Part shown: in pieces, positions 20,755-29,131 of the stretch
Layout of the letters: each line of letters begins with the position of its first letter
How positions within the stretch are numbered: the first letter of the stretch is position 1
From: Candidatus Omnitrophota bacterium
Lineage (GTDB): Bacteria; Omnitrophota; Gorgyraeia; Gygaellales; Profunditerraquicolaceae
Reading direction: 5' to 3'
Assembly (NCBI GenBank): GCA_023819625.1
Contig: JAMWCK010000001.1
Coordinates: 1 to 31,817 of the forward strand
Length of the DNA: 31,817 nt
The notes under the pieces: model-generated
Database searches by the model: none
Told to the model about the DNA's origin: nothing
The model's input: the letters and a program-made list of their open reading frames with translations, nothing else
Position numbers and translations under genes: made by a program

Positions 20755-21381
20755 ATGGCGCGTTATATCAATGCGGTTTGCAGACTCTGCCGCCGCGAAG
20801 GGCAAAAGTTATTCTTAAAAGGCAATAAATGTGTATCGGAAAAATGTCCCCTCGCCAGAAGGGCCTATGCCCCTGGTCAGCACGGTCAGAATAAACCAAA
20901 GCTTTCTAATTATGGTTTACAATTGAGAGAAAAGCAAAAGGTAAAAAGGATGTATGGGGTTTTAGAGCGGCAATTCCGTAGATATTTTGCTACTGCTTCC
21001 AAGTCTAAGGGCGTCACGGGGAAGGTTCTATTACAATTACTAGAGCGAAGACTTGATAATACAATATTTCGTTTAGGTATGGGTGTTTCCCGCTCACAGG
21101 CGCGGCAGATTGTCCGCCATAACTTTATTATCGTTAATAAAAGACGGGTGAATATCCCTTCTTATTTAGTAAACACGGCTGATATTATTGAAGTAGTGCC
21201 TAAAGAAAGGGCACAAAAGAGAATCAGGGAGAATTTAGAATTAACCAAAGATAGAAGCATTCCTTCCTGGCTTGAGTTTGATCAAGCAGCATTAAAGGCT
21301 AAGGTGTTAAGACTTCCTGAAAAAGAAGATATTCAGCAACCGATTCATGAACAGTTAATTGTAGAGTTGTATTCAAAATAA
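20755..21381 (+). CDS. rpsD: 30S ribosomal protein S4 (N-terminal Cys4 zinc type)
   Basis: CRLCRREG...KC...KC, PGQHG, LREKQK, LERRLDN, EQLIVELYSK. Confidence 0.99.
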   Translation: MARYINAVCRLCRREGQKLFLKGNKCVSEKCPLARRAYAPGQHGQNKPKLSNYGLQLREKQKVKRMYGVLERQFRRYFATASKSKGVTGKVLLQLLERRLDNTIFRLGMGVSRSQARQIVRHNFIIVNKRRVNIPSYLVNTADIIEVVPKERAQKRIRENLELTKDRSIPSWLEFDQAALKAKVLRLPEKEDIQQPIHEQLIVELYSK

Positions 21382-21466
21382 TAATGGATTCCAATTTTTA
21401 TAACGAATAAATTCTAAATTTTAATTTAAACTTCTATAATAATCTATAATAATTAAGGGGGGAAGG

Positions 21467-22459
21467 ATGGGGATAAAATGGAGTGATTTTCAATTACCCA
21501 AGCGCCTGGAGTGCGATGAATCCAGTTACACCAATACCTACGGTAAATTTTTTGCTAGTCCTTTTGAACGTGGCTATGGAGTGACCTTGGGTAATAGTTT
21601 GCGTCGGGTTCTGCTTTCTTCTATAGAAGGCAGTGCCGTAACTTCAATAAGAATCCAAGGGGTACAACATGAATTTTCTGCCATTCCTGGCGTACTGGAA
21701 GATGTGCCAGAGATAATCTTAAACATTAAAAATCTGATTATTAGATCACATTCCAGGATTCCCAAGACCATTGTTCTTAGACGCGATACCAAAGGCGAGG
21801 TGAAGGCAGGCGATATTGAAACAGATGCAACTATTGAAATAATCAATCCCGACCTGCACATCGCTACCTTAACCAAAGATACTAAATTTCACCTAGAAAT
21901 GGAGGTTGCCCGGGGTAGGGGCTATGTCCCTTCAGAACTTAACAAAAAGGAGGATTCACCGATTGGGGTAATTCCCATTGATTCTATATTTAGCCCGGTA
22001 AAAAAGGTGAATTTCTATGTAGAGAATACCCGTGTGGGCCAGCGCACAGATTACGATAAATTGATTTTAGAAATTTGGACAAATGGGGCAATAACCCCTA
22101 AGGATGCACTCCTTTATGCCTCTAATATCCTGCAGCGTCATTTAGATATCTTTGTTAATTTTGGGCAATTACCTGAAGAGCCCGAGGAAGAAGAACTGGA
22201 GATAAGCAAAGAAGAAATCGCCCTTTATGAAAAATTGCGTTTACCCATTTCCGAATTAGAGCTCTCTGTAAGAAGTTCTAATTGCCTCAGGGAAGCCAAC
22301 ATTAAAATTATTGCCGATTTGGTAAAAAAGACAGAACAAGAATTGCTCAGTTTCAAAAATTTTGGCAAGAAGTCCTTAAATGAAATAAAAGAACTCCTTG
22401 CCGGTATGGGCTTAAGCTTAGGGATGCAAGTTGATTCTAAGAAATTTAAAAAGATATAA
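21467..22459 (+). CDS. rpoA: DNA-directed RNA polymerase alpha subunit
   Basis: PFERGYGVTLGNSLRRVLLSS, HEFSAIPGV, RVGQRTDYDKL, alpha-CTD LELSVRSSNCL, NFGKKSL. Confidence 0.99.
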   Translation: MGIKWSDFQLPKRLECDESSYTNTYGKFFASPFERGYGVTLGNSLRRVLLSSIEGSAVTSIRIQGVQHEFSAIPGVLEDVPEIILNIKNLIIRSHSRIPKTIVLRRDTKGEVKAGDIETDATIEIINPDLHIATLTKDTKFHLEMEVARGRGYVPSELNKKEDSPIGVIPIDSIFSPVKKVNFYVENTRVGQRTDYDKLILEIWTNGAITPKDALLYASNILQRHLDIFVNFGQLPEEPEEEELEISKEEIALYEKLRLPISELELSVRSSNCLREANIKIIADLVKKTEQELLSFKNFGKKSLNEIKELLAGMGLSLGMQVDSKKFKKI

Positions 22460-22490
22460 TTTATATAGCTATAGGTAAAAACTAACTAAA

Positions 22491-23030
22491 ATGCGACACG
22501 CAAAAAAAAGGCATCAATTAAATCGGTTTACAAGTTGGCGAAAGGCTACTTTGACAAGTTTAGCCAGAAACCTTTTAATTCACCAACGGATTAAAACTAC
22601 ACGTAGTAAAGCCAAGGCAGCACAACCCTTAATTGAAAGATTGATTGCCATAGCTAAAAAAGGCACCCTTTCTGGCCGAAGGCGAGCCTTTAGTATTCTT
22701 TGTGACCATAAACTTGTGAAATTACTTTTTGATGATATCAGCAAGCGTTTTGAAAATAGAAGTAGTGGTTTTACACGGATAATCAATCTCAATAGACGTA
22801 GAGGGGATTATGCGCAGTTAGCCATTCTTGAGCTTACAGAAATCAAGAAAAAGGAAAGAAAAACACCTAAAAAGGTAGAAGAAAAAAAGCCAGAAGAAAA
22901 ACCAGAAATTAAACCGCATGTACCTGAAAGACCCGCGGAAATAAAGCCTAAGCCAACCAGGACATTCCTGAGAGGAATTAAGAGTATTTTTAAAAAAGAA
23001 AGAGATTCGCTTAAAGGAAAAAGAGACTAG
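22491..23030 (+). CDS. rplQ: 50S ribosomal protein L17 with ~63-aa C-terminal extension
   Basis: MRH, RIKTT..KAK, GFTRI, RRGD.A.LAILEL; follows rpoA. Confidence 0.97.
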   Translation: MRHAKKRHQLNRFTSWRKATLTSLARNLLIHQRIKTTRSKAKAAQPLIERLIAIAKKGTLSGRRRAFSILCDHKLVKLLFDDISKRFENRSSGFTRIINLNRRRGDYAQLAILELTEIKKKERKTPKKVEEKKPEEKPEIKPHVPERPAEIKPKPTRTFLRGIKSIFKKERDSLKGKRD

Positions 23031-23046
23031 TGGATAAACAATATAG

Positions 23047-24222
23047 ATGCGCATAGAGACACGGATTGCTGAACGAATAAAAAAGATCAATCCTTCCTCA
23101 ACGCTTGTCATCACCTCTCAGGCCAAAAAACTAAAATCTGAAGGTAAAGACATTGTAAATTTTGCTGCGGGTGAACCTGACTTTGATACACCCGAATTTA
23201 TCAAAGACGCCTGCCGTAAGGCATTAGATTTGGGTTTTACCAAATATACACCTAGCAGCGGAATTCCCGAATTAAAAGAACTCATCGCCAAAAAATTTAA
23301 AAAAGATAATGGGTTAGATTACAGCCCCAAGCAGATTATAGTCTCCTGCGGGGCAAAACACAGTATTTTTAATGCCCTTATGGTTTTGTTAAATCCACAG
23401 GATGAGGTCTTGATACCTTCTCCTTACTGGGTAAGTTATCCGCAAATGGTGCATCTGTGTCAAGGAAAGGTTCGTTTTATTAAGACATCTGCCCAAAATA
23501 ATTTTAAGTTAGATCCGCAAGAGTTAAAAAAATACATCACCCCCAAAACAAAACTACTTATTTTAAATAGCCCCGCTAATCCTACAGGATGTGTGTATAC
23601 GCATGATGAGTTAAAAGAAATTGCCAAGATTTGCGTGGAAAAGAAACTCTTTGTCTTAAGCGATGAGATTTACGAAAAACTCATTTACGATGGTGTCAAA
23701 CATATCTCAATTGCTTCTTTGGGTAAAGATATCTATAATCTTACCCTGACCGTAAATGGAGTATCTAAGAGTTATGCCATGACCGGTTGGCGGATTGGTT
23801 ATTTGGGTGCACCACAAGATTTAGCAGAGGCAATTGCGAAGGTACAGGACCATACTACTTCTAATCCAACCTCAATTGCCCAAAAGGCGGCTGTGGCTGC
23901 TTTGGCTATGTCTGATGATTTTTCTAAGAGAATTTGCCAAGAATTTCAGAAAAGAAGAGATTATATGGTCCTACGTTTAAGGGAATTAAAGGAATTAAGT
24001 TTTGTCTTGCCCCAAGGTGCTTTTTACATCTTTTGTAACATCGCCAAGACTGGTTTAGATAGTTCAACCTTTGCCCAACGCCTTCTTAACGAGGCGTTCG
24101 TTGCACTTATTCCCGGTGATGGATTCGGCAGAGACGACTATGTGCGTTTAAGTTTTGCTACCGGTATAGAGGAAATTGAAAAGGGAATGAATAGAATAAA
24201 AGATTGGCTAAACAAGTTATAA
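23047..24222 (+). CDS. aspC: PLP-dependent class I aminotransferase (aspartate aminotransferase-like)
   Basis: GEPDFDTP, YTPSSG, GAKHS, NSPANPTG, SDEIYE, SKSYAMTGWRIGY (PLP lysine), PQGAFY, YVRLSFA. Confidence 0.9.
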   Translation: MRIETRIAERIKKINPSSTLVITSQAKKLKSEGKDIVNFAAGEPDFDTPEFIKDACRKALDLGFTKYTPSSGIPELKELIAKKFKKDNGLDYSPKQIIVSCGAKHSIFNALMVLLNPQDEVLIPSPYWVSYPQMVHLCQGKVRFIKTSAQNNFKLDPQELKKYITPKTKLLILNSPANPTGCVYTHDELKEIAKICVEKKLFVLSDEIYEKLIYDGVKHISIASLGKDIYNLTLTVNGVSKSYAMTGWRIGYLGAPQDLAEAIAKVQDHTTSNPTSIAQKAAVAALAMSDDFSKRICQEFQKRRDYMVLRLRELKELSFVLPQGAFYIFCNIAKTGLDSSTFAQRLLNEAFVALIPGDGFGRDDYVRLSFATGIEEIEKGMNRIKDWLNKL

Positions 24223-24226
24223 TAAT

Positions 24227-25480
24227 ATGGGAAAAACAATTGCCGAGAAAATCTTAAGTAGACATGCCGGGCGAGATTTAAGGGCTGGAGATTTTGCCAT
24301 TTGTAAGGTAGATTTTACCTTTGGGCAAGATGGAACCTCAGCGATTATTATTGACCGCATAAAAGAACTTAAATTAAAACAACTAAAAACTAATTTCTGT
24401 ATGGTAATTGACCATAGTGCCCCTTCGCCTAACGAAGGTATATCAAGGGTACATAAAAAAATGCGCCAGTTTGCGAGAGAATTTAATACCTTACTTTATG
24501 ATATCGGCTGTGGAATTTGCCATCAGGTAATTCCTGAATCAGGAAAAATTCTGCCTGGAGATTTAGTATTAGGGGCGGATTCGCATACCTCTACTTATGG
24601 GGCATTAGGTATTTTCTCTTGTGGCGTGGGCTCAACAGATTTAGCCATTACTTTGGCTACGGGCAAAAACTGGTTTAAGGTACCCAGTACCTTCAAGATA
24701 ATTCTAAAAGGAGAAATCCCCAAAGGGGTATTTGCCAAAGATATTATTCTTTATCTCATCCGCGAACTCAAGGCCGATGGGGCAACTTATAAAGCAATAG
24801 AGTTTTATGGACCAGTAATTAATGCCTTGGATATGGATGGTCGCTTTACTATCTGTAATATGGTAGTAGAAATGGGGGCAAAGGTTGGTTTTATGCCCCA
24901 AGATAGAAAAACATTTACCTGGTTAAAATCCCACGGAGTAGATCTTAAAAGGATAAGACCTCAGGTGGCTGATAGAAATGCAGTTTATGAGCGCGTTTTG
25001 GAGTTTGATATCTCTAAATTAAAACCGCAAGTAAGTCAACCACACAGCGTAGATAATGTTACAGATATTGATAGATTAAAAAAGGTTAAAATAAATGAGG
25101 CATTTTTAGGCACCTGCACGAATGGAAGATTATCAGACCTAAGAGTGGCAGCGAAAATATTAAAATCTAAAAAAATTGCGCCGGGAATAAAATTTATTCT
25201 TGCTCCTGCCTCAAAAAGGGTCTTTTTAGAAGCCCTAGAATCGGGTATAATAAACATATTTATTAAGGCGGGAGCGGTGGTGATAAGCCCGGGTTGTGGT
25301 CCTTGTGTAGGCACGCATGCAGGGATTCCGGCAGATGAAGAAGTAGTTATTTCATCAGCCAACCGCAATTTTAAGGGGCGCATGGGTAATCCAAAGGCTG
25401 ATATTTATTTAGCCTCACCGGCAACAGTAGCGGCCTCTGCTATTACCGGTTATATTACTGACCCAAGAAGATATTTATAG
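24227..25480 (+). CDS. Aconitase-family [4Fe-4S] hydratase large subunit (LeuC/HacA type, 417 aa)
   Basis: DH, GICHQV, GADSHT, GTCTNGR and PGCGPCVG (three Fe-S Cys), NRNFKGRMG, LASP. Substrate cannot be fixed from sequence alone. Confidence 0.93.
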   Translation: MGKTIAEKILSRHAGRDLRAGDFAICKVDFTFGQDGTSAIIIDRIKELKLKQLKTNFCMVIDHSAPSPNEGISRVHKKMRQFAREFNTLLYDIGCGICHQVIPESGKILPGDLVLGADSHTSTYGALGIFSCGVGSTDLAITLATGKNWFKVPSTFKIILKGEIPKGVFAKDIILYLIRELKADGATYKAIEFYGPVINALDMDGRFTICNMVVEMGAKVGFMPQDRKTFTWLKSHGVDLKRIRPQVADRNAVYERVLEFDISKLKPQVSQPHSVDNVTDIDRLKKVKINEAFLGTCTNGRLSDLRVAAKILKSKKIAPGIKFILAPASKRVFLEALESGIINIFIKAGAVVISPGCGPCVGTHAGIPADEEVVISSANRNFKGRMGNPKADIYLASPATVAASAITGYITDPRRYL

Positions 25481-25501
25481 CAATGCAATAGGGAGGAAGA
25501 A

Positions 25502-26548
25502 ATGGAAATCAGAGACCTACTTTTGTTGTGTATTGAAAAAAAGGCTTCTGACTTACACATCACTGAGAATGAGCCGCCGATATTACGCATCGATGGGAAA
25601 TTATATCGCACTAATTTAGAGGTTTTAAGTAAGGAAACACTAAAACGCATGATTTATAGTATCTTAACTAATCCTCAGAAAGAGATATTTGAGCGGGATT
25701 TAGAATTGGATTTTTCTCTGGCACTTCCAGGTATGGATAGGTTCAGGGTGAATATTCATTTACAGAAAGGAAGTGTTGAGGCAGCCTTTCGTCGTATTCC
25801 CTTAGTAATTCCAAGTATGGAGGAATTGGGTTTACCGCCAATAGTGCAAGAATTGGCGCGCAAACCTAACGGTTTAGTTTTAGTTACCGGACCAACAGGT
25901 ATGGGTAAGACTACTACACTAGCAGCAATGATTGATTTGATTAATAACGAAAGAGAGTGTCTGGTTATCTGTATTGAAGACCCGATTGAGTTTATCCATA
26001 AGAATAAAAAGAGCATTATTAAGCAAAGAGAGGTTTATTCGGATACCCACAGCTTTGCTGAGGCCTTAAGACATGCCCTTCGCCAAGACCCCAATGTCAT
26101 TGTGGTCGGTGAAATGCGAGATTTAGAAACAATTTCTACTACGCTTACGGCAGCAGAGACCGGACATTTAGTCTTGGCAACCTTGCATACACCCGATGCG
26201 CCACAGACAGTGCAAAGAATTATCGATGTCTTTGCTCCACATCAACAACAACAGATAAGGTTACAATTAGCCGATTCATTACAGGGGGTAATTTCGCAAT
26301 TGCTCCTTCCCAAGGCCTCGGGTAGGGGGCGGGTTCTGGCTACGGAAATTATGATTGGTACCGCGGGTATTAGAAATTTAATCCGTGAACAGGAAATTGA
26401 GCAGATTCCCACTTTAATACAAACCGGCGGGCAATACGGAATGAAGACTATGGATAAATCCTTAAAAGAACTCTATCAGGCGGGGCTGGTGGCTTTAGAT
26501 GTGGTGCTTTCTAAGGCCAAAAATATCGACGAATTTAAACGGCTATGA
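25502..26548 (+). CDS. pilT: Type IV pilus retraction ATPase PilT
   Basis: ASDLH, Walker A GPTGMGKTTT, Asp box IEDPIE, Walker B DPNVIVVGEMRD, His box TGHLVLATLHT, GIRNLIRE (AIRNLIRE motif); SD GGAGG 25492-25496. Confidence 0.93.
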   Translation: MEIRDLLLLCIEKKASDLHITENEPPILRIDGKLYRTNLEVLSKETLKRMIYSILTNPQKEIFERDLELDFSLALPGMDRFRVNIHLQKGSVEAAFRRIPLVIPSMEELGLPPIVQELARKPNGLVLVTGPTGMGKTTTLAAMIDLINNERECLVICIEDPIEFIHKNKKSIIKQREVYSDTHSFAEALRHALRQDPNVIVVGEMRDLETISTTLTAAETGHLVLATLHTPDAPQTVQRIIDVFAPHQQQQIRLQLADSLQGVISQLLLPKASGRGRVLATEIMIGTAGIRNLIREQEIEQIPTLIQTGGQYGMKTMDKSLKELYQAGLVALDVVLSKAKNIDEFKRL

Positions 26549-27048
26549 TTCTAGAAGGCAAGGTTATAAAATTAGGCGATAATATCAACACCGACCTCAT
26601 TATTTCCGGACGCTATAAATTTGCCATTACCGATATCAAAGAACTCTCCAGACATATAATGGAAGATATCGATCCTGATTTCGTGCAGAAGATTATTCCA
26701 AGAAAGTCTATTATTGTCGCAGGAAAAAACTTCGGTTTAGGCTCATCACGAGAACAGGCTCCCCTGGTAATAAAAGAGGCAGGAATTGTGGCGGTTTTGG
26801 CAAAGACATTTGCGCGCATATTTTACCGTAATGCCTTTAATATCGGCTTACCCTTGGTAGAAACGGATACAGATAAAATTGAAGAAAGGGATTTCTTGGT
26901 TATAGATTTAAATAAGGGTTTAATCAGGAATTTGACTAAGAATATAGAGCTTACGATTAAACCATTACCTAAATTTATGCAAAGACTCCTTAAAGCCAAA
27001 GGAATAGTAAATTATTATAATAAATACAAGAGATTACCCGAATTATAA
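26545..27048 (+). CDS. Aconitase-family hydratase small subunit (LeuD/HacB type)
   Basis: NINTDLII, NFGLGSSREQAP, FARIFYRNAFNIGLP; ATGA overlap with pilT stop. Confidence 0.93.
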   Translation: MILEGKVIKLGDNINTDLIISGRYKFAITDIKELSRHIMEDIDPDFVQKIIPRKSIIVAGKNFGLGSSREQAPLVIKEAGIVAVLAKTFARIFYRNAFNIGLPLVETDTDKIEERDFLVIDLNKGLIRNLTKNIELTIKPLPKFMQRLLKAKGIVNYYNKYKRLPEL

Positions 27049-27071
27049 TCTGATTAAGAATCCCTTAAAAT

Positions 27072-28154
27072 ATGAAGCATAGGATTACCTTAATTCCTGG
27101 TGACGGTATTGGTCCGGAAGTAACCGCGGCGGCAAGGCGCTGCATTGAGGCAACGGGTGTTAAGATTGAATGGGAAGAGGCGATTGCCGGAGAAGTTGCC
27201 TTAGAAAAAACCGGCAATTTGTTGCCTAAACAGACACTCGAGTCAATTAAAAAAAATAAAGTCGCCTTAAAGGGTCCAATCATTACGCCCATCGGCGAAG
27301 GTTTTCGTTCGGTAAACGTAGCCTTAAGACAGGCCTTAGACTTATACGCCTGTGTGCGTCCGGCGAAGTCCTACAACGGAGTAAAGAGTTTTTATAAGGA
27401 TATAGACTTAGTAGTCATCAGGGAAAATACCGAAGATTTATACGCAGGCATTGAGTTTGAAAGAGGAAAACCAGAAACAAAAAGGTTAATTAAAGAAATT
27501 AAAATGCTTACAGAAAAAAGAATCCGTGCGGATTCAGGAATTTCTCTTAAGCTGATTTCTGAATTTGCCTCGCGACGGATTATCAAATTTGCCTTTGAAT
27601 ACGCCATAAGAGATAAGCGGAAAAAATTAACCGCAGTGCATAAGGCAAATATTATGAAATTTACTGATGGACTCTTCTTAAAGACAGCGCGGGAAGTCGC
27701 CAAAGAATATGAGGGTAAAATAATTTTTGAAGAAATAATTGTAGATAATCTGGCAATGCAACTTGTAAAGGCACCGAGAAATTTTGATGTTTTGGTCTTG
27801 CCGAATTTATATGGTGATATTATCTCAGATTTATGTGCGGGATTAATTGGTGGTCTAGGTATTGCTCCGGGGGCAAATATCGGTGATGAGATAGCGGTAT
27901 TTGAAGCCGTTCACGGCGCTGCACCCAAATATAAGGGGAGCAATCGGGTTAACCCTTCAGCAATGATTTTATCAGGGGTGCTGATGCTAAGATTTATTAA
28001 AGAAGATAGGGCGGCAGATAAATTAGAAAATGCACTAAAACAAGTGATTGCCGAAGGAAAATCCGTAACCTACGATTTAAAGGATGACCGCAATGATCCC
28101 AGTGCCGTAGGAACACAAGAGATGGCAGAGGCAATTATTACTAAAATCAAATGA
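27072..28154 (+). CDS. icd: Isocitrate dehydrogenase (IDH/IPMDH family), probably NADP-dependent
   Basis: IPGDGIGPEV, RSVNVALRQ (Ser/Asn isocitrate determinants), IRENTEDLY, VHKANI, NLYGDIISD, EAVHGAAPKY (Lys-Tyr as in NADP-type enzymes). Confidence 0.85.
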   Translation: MKHRITLIPGDGIGPEVTAAARRCIEATGVKIEWEEAIAGEVALEKTGNLLPKQTLESIKKNKVALKGPIITPIGEGFRSVNVALRQALDLYACVRPAKSYNGVKSFYKDIDLVVIRENTEDLYAGIEFERGKPETKRLIKEIKMLTEKRIRADSGISLKLISEFASRRIIKFAFEYAIRDKRKKLTAVHKANIMKFTDGLFLKTAREVAKEYEGKIIFEEIIVDNLAMQLVKAPRNFDVLVLPNLYGDIISDLCAGLIGGLGIAPGANIGDEIAVFEAVHGAAPKYKGSNRVNPSAMILSGVLMLRFIKEDRAADKLENALKQVIAEGKSVTYDLKDDRNDPSAVGTQEMAEAIITKIK

Positions 28155-28208
28155 ACTTTATTCTTCCAAAACAAATAAGTAAGCACTAACACTCAAAGGA
28201 AAAAGAAA

Positions 28209-29129
28209 TTGAAAATTTCTATTATTGGCGCCGGTAATGTCGGCAGTACCACAGCGCTACGGTTATGTAGCGAAAATTTAGGTGAGGTAATCCTTGTAGA
28301 TAAACTCCCTGGATTAGCCCAGGGCAAGGCCTTAGATTTAGAGGATGCGCAGGCAATACTAAAATACACTTACAATATTCAGGGAACAGATGATATAAAA
28401 AAAATAAAGCATTCAGATATCGTGGTAATTACTGCTGGCTTTCCCCGCAGACCGGGTCAGAGGCGCGAAGAGTTATTCAGTAAAAATGCTGAGATCATAA
28501 AAGAGGTCTCTTTGCAGATTAAAGAGTTGGCACCTGAGGCGATTGTTATCGTAGTTACCAATCCTTTAGATTTAATGACCTACCTTGCCTTAAAAATCAC
28601 TGCTTTTAGTCCTAAGAGGGTATTGGGTATGGGTATTAGTTTAGATGCAGCAAGATTCGCTAACCTTATTGCCAAAGAGTTAGATATTTCTCCCACAGAG
28701 ATTGAGGCTACGGTTATCGGAAGTCATGGTGAATGGATGCTTCCACTTGCCCGATTTACATATATTAAGGGCATAGCTTTAGATAAATTTCTCGGTGAAG
28801 AAAAAATAAGAAAGCTTATCAAAAAGACCATAAATCGCGGTGCAGAAATTGTATTTTTATTGGGTTCTGGCAGTGCCTGCCTTGCTCCTTCGGCAGCAAT
28901 TGTAGAGTTGATTAAAGCCATTGCCAAAGACCAAAAACGCATTCTGGGTGTCTCGGCATACCTTAAGGGTGAATACGGGGTAAATGATGTCTGTATTGGT
29001 GTTTATTGCCAACTGGGTAGAGAAGGAATTGAAAAAATTATTGAACTCAACTTAAATAAAGAAGAAAAACAGGCATTTGTCAACTCCGCCAATAAACTTA
29101 AAGAACAATACCACATGCTAGCCGTATAA
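28209..29129 (+). CDS. mdh: Malate dehydrogenase (LDH-like family), TTG start
   Basis: GAGNVG, GKALD, TAGFPRRPG (Arg at the MDH/LDH discriminating site), NPLD, LDAARF, GSHG; SD AAAGGA 28195-28200. Confidence 0.9.
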   Translation: MKISIIGAGNVGSTTALRLCSENLGEVILVDKLPGLAQGKALDLEDAQAILKYTYNIQGTDDIKKIKHSDIVVITAGFPRRPGQRREELFSKNAEIIKEVSLQIKELAPEAIVIVVTNPLDLMTYLALKITAFSPKRVLGMGISLDAARFANLIAKELDISPTEIEATVIGSHGEWMLPLARFTYIKGIALDKFLGEEKIRKLIKKTINRGAEIVFLLGSGSACLAPSAAIVELIKAIAKDQKRILGVSAYLKGEYGVNDVCIGVYCQLGREGIEKIIELNLNKEEKQAFVNSANKLKEQYHMLAV

Positions 29130-29131
29130 AA

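Noticed and set aside
14184-21381. Zinc-binding (Cys-containing) forms of S14, L36, S4 and Adk LID
   Set aside because: These are the ordinary ancestral forms in the main operon; recorded in features only.
25502-26548. pilT as cargo of a mobile element
   Set aside because: No transposase, terminal inverted repeats or target duplication are visible, and the gene is coupled to its neighbour.
23047-28154. Cluster as the alpha-aminoadipate lysine pathway (LysN, homoaconitase, homoisocitrate dehydrogenase)
   Set aside because: Not excluded, but disfavoured: no homocitrate synthase or lysW/X/Y/Z/J/K genes here, the dehydrogenase has ICDH-type residues, and mdh is adjacent.
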